A DNA stretch of 64,000 nucleotides. It comes from Adineta vaga. Lineage: Eukaryota > Animalia > Rotifera. Positions 12,638 to 23,222 of the stretch are shown in pieces. The stretch lies in NCBI GenBank assembly GCA_021613535.1, contig CP075494.1, positions 15,934,001 through 15,998,000 on the forward strand, given 5' to 3'. The notes below the pieces were generated by a model. That model ran no database searches, was not told the DNA's origin, and was given only the letters and a program-made list of their open reading frames with translations. Both the position numbers and the translations under genes were made by a program. Position 1 is the stretch's first letter; each line of letters begins with the position of its first letter.

Positions 12638-12978
12638 ATGGAAATCAAAAATTTCTTTTTTCTTAATTTAATACAATTCACAATATAAAAGATTATAGAA
12701 ATAGATGCTTTTATGAAATTCGGTCACCTAGATCAATGATTAATATTTCGATGATGTGATATATAATCGATCAAATGAATCGTGGATTTTTCAAACGTAC
12801 TATGTGAATGCTCTATCTTTTATCTATTTGTTTTTCTCTACATATACACAAAAAAATAGATGCAATTAACCGTATCCAAATACAAGGTTTCTTTTTCAGT
12901 CGCTTTTTTCATCAATAAGAAAGGCGATATTGAAAAGTATTCTTGAATACGTTTTCTATTTATTATTATTATTTGGAA
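12638..12978. promoter_or_regulatory. Probable bidirectional promoter between SQD1 and the GT4 gene
   Basis: 341-bp AT-rich spacer between two divergent ATGs; inferred from geometry only. Confidence 0.45.
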
Positions 12979-14073
12979 ATGAAGATTTTAATTGTAAGTG
13001 AATATCTTCATCCTCAAACAAGTGGAATAAGTGTTCGTATAGAATATTATATAAAATATTTAAGAAAATTTGATCATAATGTTACTGTTTATGGTCCAAA
13101 AGATTGTCCCACAGTAAATCATACATTATTCAGTATTCCATGTTATTTTATAAATAAAGATATGCGTATATGTTTTCCATCATTTCAATTATATAAAGAT
13201 ATTCTTTTTGGAAATTATCAAATGATACATATTGTTGGTCCAAATATATTTCTTTTTACAATTATTATTTATTTACTTTGTATATTAATGAATATTAATA
13301 TTTGTACATCTCATCATACAAATGTATATGAATTTACTAAAGAATATGTTAAGAATCGTTTCATTTTTCAATTAATACGTTGGTATGGGATTTATATACA
13401 GTATTATCCAACAATTTGGTTAAAAATTCCCATATTACATCCAGAACATTATACTGATTTGAAAATTCTTTGTAATAATTTTGATAAAGGACATATTATA
13501 TCAACAGGTATTGATACTCGTTTATTTTCGTTTTCGAAAAGTTTTATTCGAAATAAATTGATTTATATTGGAAGAATTGCACCAGAGAAAAATTTATTTC
13601 GTTTAATTGATCTATTTTCATTAATTGAGAAGAATTATTCATTAGATATTGTTGGTTTTGGTCCAAATGAAAATCAATTAAAATCTTATATTAAACAGAA
13701 AAATATTCAAAATATTCAATTTCTTGGCCGAATTCCCTATGATCAATTATATCAATATTATCAAACAGCACAAGCATTTCTATGTACAAGTTTAAATGAA
13801 TCTTATGGTTTTACATTACTTGAATCCCTTTCATGTGGAACACCAATAATTTATCCAAAATGTCATGTTTTTCAAAAATTATATCAAAAATCTTTTCCTC
13901 AACTAGAATATGATGTTAATAATAATCAAGAATTTCTTAATGTATTAACATATGTTGAAGAACATAGTGAACAATTGCGAGAACTTTCACGAAAATATGC
14001 GTTGAAATATTCATGGGAAACATCAACAAAAGATCTTTTAGAAATTTATAAAAAGATTTCTCGTTATCATTAA
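12979..14073 (+). CDS. GT4 (GT-B) glycosyltransferase, SqdX/SQD2-like candidate sulfoquinovosyltransferase
   Basis: ATG at 12979 gives MKILIVSEYLHPQTSGISVRI (cf. SqdX-type MRIALFTETFLPKVDGIVTRL); TSHHT, GID, YIGRIAPEKN, S..ESYGFTLLESLSCGTP (ExxxxxxxE); 364 aa, intronless; head-to-head with SQD1. Confidence 0.8.
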   Translation: MKILIVSEYLHPQTSGISVRIEYYIKYLRKFDHNVTVYGPKDCPTVNHTLFSIPCYFINKDMRICFPSFQLYKDILFGNYQMIHIVGPNIFLFTIIIYLLCILMNINICTSHHTNVYEFTKEYVKNRFIFQLIRWYGIYIQYYPTIWLKIPILHPEHYTDLKILCNNFDKGHIISTGIDTRLFSFSKSFIRNKLIYIGRIAPEKNLFRLIDLFSLIEKNYSLDIVGFGPNENQLKSYIKQKNIQNIQFLGRIPYDQLYQYYQTAQAFLCTSLNESYGFTLLESLSCGTPIIYPKCHVFQKLYQKSFPQLEYDVNNNQEFLNVLTYVEEHSEQLRELSRKYALKYSWETSTKDLLEIYKKISRYH

Positions 14074-14074
14074 G

Positions 14075-14134
14075 ATCTTGAGGGTGTGGGTGTAAAAGCA
14101 TTAGTATTTAGATACCGACACCCACCCTCAAGAT
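14075..14134. repeat. Telomere-type-repeat hairpin element directly after the GT4 stop codon
   Basis: Perfect 12-bp inverted ends atcttgagggtg / caccctcaagat, internal gggtgtgggtgt ... acacccaccc. Confidence 0.8.
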
Positions 14135-14354
14135 GGATATGCGGCATCACTCAAATAATGATGATATTTTTTCCTTTGTTTTATAAATATATAAAATGAT
14201 CACAGAAAATTATGATAATAAGATCTTAGTTATAAAATTCTAATGAATACAAACGAAATATTTGAGAAGGGATTTTTTTAACGAAGAAATAATTTGAAAA
14301 AAAAAGTTTTGTTTTCGAAAGACAAAAATTGAATATATCTAAATGAAATCTATT

Positions 14355-16704
14355 TTAAACTAATTTGCTTCGAAAAAATCGTCGAGTCAACCATGTCAAA
14401 ATAAAAAAGAATAAAATTGAAAGAAAATAACGAATTCTATTTAAAAACAAAAGAAGAATTAATTCTAAAAAGAAAAGAAGAAACTTACATTAATTTTTTC
14501 ATGATTGATTTTGATTTCGTTGAATGATATAATGGTTCTTTAAGTAAATATTTTTTAATTCCAATACAATAATTTCGAAGATAAATTGTCCAATCAAGTT
14601 CTTTTACATTAAAATTGAATTCCTTTTTTTTTGTTTTTGAACAAATTAAAGTAAAATAAAAAAAAAAGAATTTATTTTACTTGTTTATCAAATTGACTCA
14701 TTTGATTGAATAGAAGTTGACTATTATGATTTGAGAAGATCCATTGATTTGAAGCAAAATAATGTAATGTCGCAACGATATTATCGACTTTTTTACTTAA
14801 TTTTATCATTCTAAATACTTGGAGAAAATATTTCACTTCATTTTATTTGATTTTCCTTCTCACCTTGCTTTTCTCAATGTTAATATAGAAAATAAATCAA
14901 TAAAATATGCTGGAAGTTTGTGTTCAAGGAAATATCGAATATAGTAATAGAATCTAAATTAAATAAAATAAATGTAGAAACGTCGAATTTTATTCGAGAG
15001 TTATATATAATGAAAACAAGATTACTGTTGTAAGCATCCTCATGAATCAATAAGATATATATGTTTTAAATTTTCGAGAAAAAAAAAATCCCTGTACTCC
15101 CCCTCTAGGATAGTGTGATCAACTTGACTCTTCTTTTGAAAGTTATCGTATAAACGACCGGACACATTGACACAAAAAAAAGAAGAAATATTTGATATAC
15201 TTATTGGTAGTGAGAAAAAGATTTGGTTGAATAAATCGATAATTTTCAAATCCAAGTGATTTTTGTTCTCTTAATATTATTTGAACTAAAGAAAAGAATT
15301 TTTCATTGAAAAAGAAAAAAACCCGAAAGAAAATCAACATACAAAAATCTTTATAACGAAGACCTGTTTTATGATTCGATCCAGTTGAACAATTATAGAC
15401 AATTGGAATGGTTGATCTAAATAAAAAACCAAAAAAAAAGTCGATCTTTCCACCAAACATTTCGTTTTTCTTCTAATTACGAATCTTTTTTCATTGCAGT
15501 AAACCAAGCAATAGCTATTGTCATATTTGCTACTGTATCAACTGGAATTAATGGCTGATCAACTATTGGATTTGTTGAACCTACTCTTAATAAACATTTT
15601 CCTATCTAAATTAATTTATTCGAAATATTTAATTGATTTAGAAAAGTTTCATTTACTGAAACAATAATACTTGTTGCACCATTATAACTATCAATCCATC
15701 CCTTAACAAAACAAATTCAATTAAAAGAAGAAAACAACAAATGTTAAAGAAATATTTACTTGTATTGGTTCTTTCCATGTTGCACCAATAATTGATGGTC
15801 GAATTATTGCTGAGAAATAAAGAAAAAGATAAATGAGAGATAAAGAAAGTTTTTACCAAAAGGTAAATCTTTTGCTTGTTGAAAAATGAGATATTCAGCT
15901 AAAGATTTTGTATATGTATAAATATTTGGATAATTTTTTGCTAATTTTAATGTTAAATGATCAAAAACTTGTTGATCAATATTATCTAAAGCTTCTAATA
16001 ATAATTGTGGATTTTCATTTGTTGGATAAATAATTTCATCAATATCTGTACGATAATTATGAATATAAGCTGTAGATATATGAATACAACATTGTAGTTG
16101 TTTCATTTTTCTACATAAATTAATAATTGTTTGAACAGATAAAACATTCGATTTTAATGCATCTCTATAAAAAAAAAGAAATTTCATTCGTTTTTTTTTT
16201 CAATTAAATTTTTCAAAGAAATACTTTAATGGTTCAGAAAAACGAATTGATGCACCTGAATGAATAATAATATGACAATTATCAATTAATAATTGTTCAT
16301 CTTCATCTTTTAAATTAAAATTAATTTTTGTTAAATCACCAATGATTGGAATTAATTTTGATGGAAAATCTTCGTTGATTGAACGAATTTTATCAAATAA
16401 CTAAAATGAAATTTATCTTTTAAAAGGAAAAACAATAGAAAAGATTTTACAGGTAATGAACAAAATTGATGAATTCGATCAGATACATTTTTCTCACGTT
16501 TTGATCGTATTAAGAGATAAATACAATGAATATCTTGAAAAGAAAAATATTTATTTTATAAAATAAATCAAATAAATAACCTTGACATGATCGTAGAAGT
16601 TTTTCAATAATTTGTTTACCAACAAAACCAGTTCCACCTGTTATAAAAACTGATTTCCCACTAAAAAATGTACTAATCAATTTATCATTATTGTAATTCG
16701 TCAT
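14355..16704 (-). CDS. FAR: Fatty acyl-CoA reductase (fatty-alcohol forming), multi-exon
   Basis: Reconstructed across many short GT-AG introns: [95 protein letters not shown], sterile domain [21 protein letters not shown]-terminal TM; stop at 14355-14357. Confidence 0.9.
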
Positions 16705-17485
16705 TGAAATATTCTTTTAGATTTTTTAAGTTAATATACACGTTTCTTTTTCTTCGTATTATCGATATGTATATATCTATTCGAATCAAGAAGATAAAAT
16801 CACTGAAGCATAAAAACTCAATGAAATATCTATTCATCTCATTGGTCTTTATTTCTCTAATTGCTTTATCATAACGAAATATGAGACAGAATATTTGTAT
16901 CTCTATAAGATTATATTTCACAAAGAATTATTTTATATATGAATTTATCATTCATTTACGAATAATTTATATAAAAAGGTTTTTTTGCTTTTCTGTCTTT
17001 AATTTAAGATAAAAATATATATATATCTATCTAAGTACAAAGGCAAATTGATAAACATAAGTTCTGTTTAACATCTGGATAAGATCATTTATCAAGGATA
17101 AAGATTTCTTCAAGACGAATAAATAAATAAATTTCCTTTTTTTTTAATTTAATCTCAAAACGAAAGGAACGAATATCTTTATACTTAATAACTTTTCTTC
17201 AATTCCCAAACAAATAGTATTTCTATTTAAAGAACAAGAAATAACAACTGATTTATAATTAATAAAATTTGTTTTTCTTTCTACAATACAAGACTTATGT
17301 CCTCAATGACTTTAAGACATATTTTATCTATCGAAATGAAACAATCAGTGTTTATTGAATTGCATCTGGTTTAATTTATTTCAAATGAAGAAGAAGACAA
17401 AGCGAAAAGAAACGTCATGCAGAAAAACACAAACATATTAGGTTTAATAGTTAAAAAAAAGGTTATTTGAATAAAAGTAAAGTGT

Positions 17486-17973
17486 TTAAACGATTGATTT
17501 TCGTCTTGCATTAGCTGTTTTAACTAATTCATCGACTTCACTCCAATCAATTTCAATAAGACAATCAATAACTTTTAAATCTTCAAAAATACAAGCAACA
17601 TATTGTTTACCAACAGTTGGAACTGCAGGTTTTGTTGGTAAAAACGGTCCACCTGTACTATCTTTTTCTTGATTATTAATAAAACAAGGAATACCTTCAC
17701 CTGAAATAGAAGAAAAAAACGGTTTTTATTCTTTGCAAAGCACATATTTTCAATCAAACCTAATTGTTCATATGAATATTGTTTCATTGTTTCATAAACT
17801 CTTCCTTTTAAATTTTTAATTGTTGCTCGATCAAATTTAATTGTATAATGATCTTTTGGTGGCATTGTATGTGTTGAAGCACCTTGTTCAACTTCAGATA
17901 AAGTTGCTAAAAATGCTGTTTTCGATTGATCAATATGTGATAAAGCCGATTCTTTTCCTTTTAATATTCCCAT
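17486..17973 (-). CDS. Uncharacterised ~142-aa protein, 2 exons (17973-17760, 17700-17486)
   Basis: GT-AG intron 17759-17701 gives the continuous frame ..YSYEQL|GEGIPCFINNQKKDSTGGPFLPTKP..NARRKSIV*. Confidence 0.65.
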
Positions 17974-19534
17974 AGTTCGTTTGTCGACAGATTATCTTCA
18001 AGAGAATTATACGAATGTTGTAATTATCTTCTGAGAAGACTCGGGTTCTTTTTTTCTACTTATATAGGAAAGAGAGAAAGAAAGAAATGTTGTTAATATA
18101 TGTACAAACAAGAACTGATATGAGAAAAAGATATTTGTAGGATCGATTTAGATTATTATTCTTATTATTAGTTGTTTGTCTTTTCTTCTTCTTCTTCTTT
18201 TCCTTTTTCTGTTGATTGAGTAGATTTGTCGTAGAAAATTATGTTGAAAGAAGGTTATTTATACATACGACAATCAATTAACGAACAAAAGAATATTTCT
18301 TTCTTCCTCAACAATTCTTCTCTTCGAACTTATTTATCAATATCTATTATGATTCATATAAGAAACAAATGTCCTTATCGTCTCAAGGTTAACAGATATA
18401 TTTACATGATTATTACTTCTAAATTAGAAATTGAGTTTTTACTTGAAATTGAATAATAAATAAAGAAAAATGATTTTTTTTTCAAACGTGCGGTTTTTTT
18501 TCCACTAAATAATCTAATTAATCAAATATTTTAATCATAGATAAGAAATAAAAGATATATATTTGTCATGTTTATTAAAGAGATAATCTCAATAGTATCA
18601 AAATTTTCTTTTTCTTTAATGTCGATTATAGGCCTATTGAGGACAAATAACAAGAGAGATTATTTTTTATTATCAATCTTCAAAAGAGATATTTGTCAAT
18701 AAATCAACCATGAAAATTAAACAACCTTGAGATATAAGGTACTTTTTCAATATTTTCTCTTTTTTATTTTGTCATATAATATCACGAGAAAGGTAAATAA
18801 GAGGATGTCATAATCTCACTACACCAGGTATTCATATTTTCAACGAAGTACTCAAAGATATCCAGTATGTAAGATATTACCCATCCAAGCACGACGAATA
18901 AATAGCGGAGTATCAGAGTGGGCATCTCTCTTTCACCAAAAACGTGTTTTATCCTTTGTGTAATAAAATGACATTCACATAGGAGATAAATGGCTATGTA
19001 TTCTGAAAGTTGAGGAATATGAGTCGAGTAGACTCTCACTTTGAAATGATTTTGTCTCGTATTCTTATAACTGATATGGGTAACGAAGCCATTACTTTTG
19101 TGTTAAATATATGGTTTGATAGTGAAATGATTCCCATTGATTAACTCATAGGATATCGTCACGTTTATCTTTTGATACCTTGAATATTGGTATTAACATA
19201 CACATGAGTAAATGTCATAGAAATAAGAAAATACCTTTAATTTTAGATTTTCTAAATTATGTACCGATATGTCAATATATCCTTCATAAAATCTATTCAA
19301 CGCATGATTTATTTATCTCATTAATGTTTGTTTTTAAATAATACACAAACGAATGTATGAATATACTAGGTGATACATATATATATATATATAAGTTACA
19401 TATTTACAAACTAAATTGTGATATAGTTGACTTCATCATTAACTGCTTTACTGAATTTTTGTTTTCTTCATATACGTATCGTTTTTTTTCCACTAACAAT
19501 TCGTCATACAATTTTAGTCGTCATTAACGAAGAT

Positions 19535-22500
19535 ATGGGTGAAGCTTCAAAAGATTCAGTACAACGAAATACACCTGAAGATCGTTTAGGTTCTGTTGTT
19601 TATTCTTCGAAAGATAATGAAAGTATGCATAAATCATTAAATGGTGAATTTACTCTTTATCGTTTATTAATTGATCAAATATTAGATGGAAAATATTCAT
19701 TAAATTTAAAAAATTCTCATTCCTTAGCAAAATATTTTCATCCAGATGATGAAAAAGATAAAAAATTATTAAAAGAATATGATACAAAATATCAATCAAA
19801 TCAAGCGATTTATTGGTATACGAGAGAATCACCTGTTTATAAAAATTTAAATAAAGCATTGAGAACACAAAATACAAATGATATTGTACCTTTTGCAACA
19901 TTTATTAAAGATTTAAATCATCAATTAGATGATGAACATCAATTATTTATTAAACAATTACAAACAAATCAATTTCAAGTTTATCGAGGACAATTTATTA
20001 GTAAAGATGAAATAATTCGTTTAAAATCAAGTATTGGTGATTTAATATCAATGAATTCATTTCTATCAACAAGTACAAATCGAAAAAAAGCTTTTGAATT
20101 TGCAACAAGTCGAGCACCACCAACAGATGACTTATGTTCTGTTTTATTACAAATGAATATTGATATAAATATTCAATCAAAACCATATGCTGATATTAAA
20201 CGATTAAGTGCTTTTCCTGATGAAGAAGAAATTCTCTTTGTTGTTGGTTGTGTATTTAAAATTGAGAAAATTTCTTTTAATGAAAAAGATAATCTTTGGA
20301 TGGCTGAATTAAGTTTATGTTCAGAAAAGAATTCTGATATGAAAAAATTTTCAAAAGATTTAAATAAAGATTTAAATGAACAAAATAATTTAATTTCTTT
20401 AGCAAATTATTTAATTGATATGAATAAATATGATCAAGCTCAAATCTTTTTAGAATCAATTTTAAATAATAATATTCTCAAGAATTCAATTGATTTTGCT
20501 TATTGTTATTTTATTTTTGGTAAAGTTCATGAAAAAAAAGGTAATTATATGAATTCAATTGAAAATCTTAATAAATCATTAGATTATTTATTAAATGATA
20601 AAAAATTAAATGAACATTCACTTGTATCTGAATGTTATAATCAAATGGGATCGGTTTATTGTTCACAAGAAGATTATCAAAAATCATTTGAAGTTTATGA
20701 TACAGCATTAGATACAAAAAATAATATTTCATCAATAACTTATTTTGGTTTAGCACAAATTCATTATAAAGAAAAAAATCATCATTTAGCTTTAGATTAT
20801 TTAAATAAAATTCTAAAAAATCAACAAGAATTAAAATCATCATTTATTGCCAATGTTTATATTCATATTGCAATGAATTTAACTGCACTTGGTAAAACAG
20901 AAGAAGCAGGAAAAATTCTTAATAATATTATTCAATTACAAACAAAAGAACTACATGATAAACATCCGGATTTAAGTTATACTTATCATCAAATTGGTTT
21001 AATGTATTTAGAACAAAATGATTTTGAGAAATCTTTAGAATTTATTAATAAAGCTTATCAATTACAATTAGATTCTTTACCAAATAATCATCCTGATTTT
21101 GCTGAAACTTTTCAAAATTATGCGGAATATTATTTGAAAAAGAAAAATTTCGATAAATCTTTATTTTATTTTGAAAAACGTTTAGAAAATCAATTGAAAA
21201 CATTATCATGGGATCATCCAAATGTAATGAAAACTTATTACGATCTTGGAAATATTCATTGGAAAAAAAGAAATTATAATCAAGCATCTGATTACTTTCA
21301 AAAAATTCTTCAAGCTGAATTAGAAAGAAAAAAAATTGGTGAATCAGCATTAAGTACTTCGTATAAAACACTTGCAGATCTCTATTTTGATCAATATAAA
21401 ACAAGTTTAGACAAAAATGTTTTAGATCAAGCAATACCTTTTTATCTTAATTATCTTAAAAATGAATTAGAAACAAAATTAGTTGAAGATGAATCATTAA
21501 TTGATGTTTATAAAATTCTTGCAGAAATTTCTTATAAAAAACGTCAATTAAATCATTCATTATTATATTATAATCGTTTACTTAATTGTTATTTTCAAAA
21601 AGAATCTTTACATAAAAAAGAAATTCGTGAAACTTATGAATTAATTCAAAAGATTTATTTAAAACGAAAAAATCTTAATCAATCCTTATTATATTATTCA
21701 AATTTACATTCTAATGAAATTGAAAATAAATCTCGACATATAAAAAATGTTCATTTTGAAAATTGTTATTTAGATCAAACATTTCATTATTTTTCAAATC
21801 TTCTCAAAAAACAAATGAAAACAAATTCACAAAATCTTCCAAGAATAAATGGATTGAATTTTATTTTAGGAAATATTTGTTATGATAAAAAAGATTATGA
21901 TAAATCATATAAATATTTCTCTTTATTATTAATCAATGAATTAAATAAGAAATTATATAATGATAATTCATTAAAAACTCTTTATGAAACTATTGGAAAT
22001 ATTTATTTGAAAAAAACAGATTATAATCGATCATTAATTTATTATTTTCATTCATTAAATTGTCAATTAAATGAAGAAAGTTTTTCTCAAATTGGAAAAA
22101 TCTTTTTAATCAAAGATTATTTTATTCATTCAAGAAATGATAAATCAATGACGAAACTTGATAATTATTTAAATAATTTTCATTTAGAAAATACTTTAAT
22201 TCAGCATGTTGCTTTTTATTTTACAAATTTATTACACAATCCATTGAAACAATTTTTAACAAATGAAATTTATGAAATTCTTGGAAATATTTATTTAAAA
22301 CAACAAAATTATTATCAAGCATTGAATTATTTTCAAAGTTTACTTAATCAACAAATGAAAGAGAATTCTTCATTAGTATGGATTTATCTTGTTATTGCTG
22401 ATATTTATTTAAAACAAGGTCATTCAAATCAAGCTCAACAATTTTATCAATATTCATTGAATTTAGCTCGACAATTTCATTCATCAAATCAATCTTTAAT

Positions 22501-22555
22501 TGAATTAATTCAAAACAGAATACAAACTGGAATTATTCCTCTATATTATGAATAG
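19535..22555 (+). CDS. ADP-ribosyltransferase (R-S-E class) domain + TPR repeat array
   Basis: First ATG at 19535; WYTRESPVYKNLNKALR, VYRGQ, FLSTS, DEEEILF; then many TPRs (HPDLSYTYHQIG, HPDFAETFQN, HPNVMKTYYDLG). Confidence 0.9.
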   Translation: MGEASKDSVQRNTPEDRLGSVVYSSKDNESMHKSLNGEFTLYRLLIDQILDGKYSLNLKNSHSLAKYFHPDDEKDKKLLKEYDTKYQSNQAIYWYTRESPVYKNLNKALRTQNTNDIVPFATFIKDLNHQLDDEHQLFIKQLQTNQFQVYRGQFISKDEIIRLKSSIGDLISMNSFLSTSTNRKKAFEFATSRAPPTDDLCSVLLQMNIDINIQSKPYADIKRLSAFPDEEEILFVVGCVFKIEKISFNEKDNLWMAELSLCSEKNSDMKKFSKDLNKDLNEQNNLISLANYLIDMNKYDQAQIFLESILNNNILKNSIDFAYCYFIFGKVHEKKGNYMNSIENLNKSLDYLLNDKKLNEHSLVSECYNQMGSVYCSQEDYQKSFEVYDTALDTKNNISSITYFGLAQIHYKEKNHHLALDYLNKILKNQQELKSSFIANVYIHIAMNLTALGKTEEAGKILNNIIQLQTKELHDKHPDLSYTYHQIGLMYLEQNDFEKSLEFINKAYQLQLDSLPNNHPDFAETFQNYAEYYLKKKNFDKSLFYFEKRLENQLKTLSWDHPNVMKTYYDLGNIHWKKRNYNQASDYFQKILQAELERKKIGESALSTSYKTLADLYFDQYKTSLDKNVLDQAIPFYLNYLKNELETKLVEDESLIDVYKILAEISYKKRQLNHSLLYYNRLLNCYFQKESLHKKEIRETYELIQKIYLKRKNLNQSLLYYSNLHSNEIENKSRHIKNVHFENCYLDQTFHYFSNLLKKQMKTNSQNLPRINGLNFILGNICYDKKDYDKSYKYFSLLLINELNKKLYNDNSLKTLYETIGNIYLKKTDYNRSLIYYFHSLNCQLNEESFSQIGKIFLIKDYFIHSRNDKSMTKLDNYLNNFHLENTLIQHVAFYFTNLLHNPLKQFLTNEIYEILGNIYLKQQNYYQALNYFQSLLNQQMKENSSLVWIYLVIADIYLKQGHSNQAQQFYQYSLNLARQFHSSNQSLIELIQNRIQTGIIPLYYE

Positions 22556-23222
22556 AAACATGAAGAAAATCTAATCATTTATTTCAAAAACTAAACTTTG
22601 AATGTAAAAAAAAAAGACAAGTTTGTTTCATAAATATATCGTGTTACTTTGATCTATATATAAATATTTCCTCCTTGATCAATCAGGTGACATCTAATAG
22701 TTCACTCGAGGATCATAGGAAGTCATCCTCGACGAGCGTTATTCATAAATTATATTGTAGAAGTTTTTCTGATGCAAGAATTGATTTTGCTTTTGTTTTA
22801 AAATGAAATTCTTAATAACTTTAGTTAATACAAAACAAAGTACATAAAGATATTTTCCGATAAAATTCAGATGACAAAAAATTATAGCCATAGAGACGAA
22901 ATCTTGAGATTTCAACATCATATCGACTGTCTGGAAAATTTCTTTGTACTATAGAACGATAAGGTTCGATCTTATCTTCATGAATTACAAGAAAAATAAC
23001 TGCGTCATTTTCTTTTCATATTTTACATATTTAGTCTTTATTGAAAAAGGAATGTTTGAATAATTTACGAAATATCTTACAGATTGAAATACACTTCAAG
23101 ATCGTTTAGGTTCTGTTATTTATATTCGAAGTCGAATTATATAGACAGCTACTCTATCTAATAGGAAATAATGTTTACGAGTGACATCTAGAGAACAATG
23201 TATTCAATGGAATAGAGAAACA

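Noticed and set aside
11450-14073. SQD1/GT4 pair as bacterial or algal contamination
   Set aside because: Codon usage matches neighbouring host genes, host-type MITE and hairpin elements flank both genes, and an intron-rich FAR starts ~280 bp away; read-level confirmation is still needed
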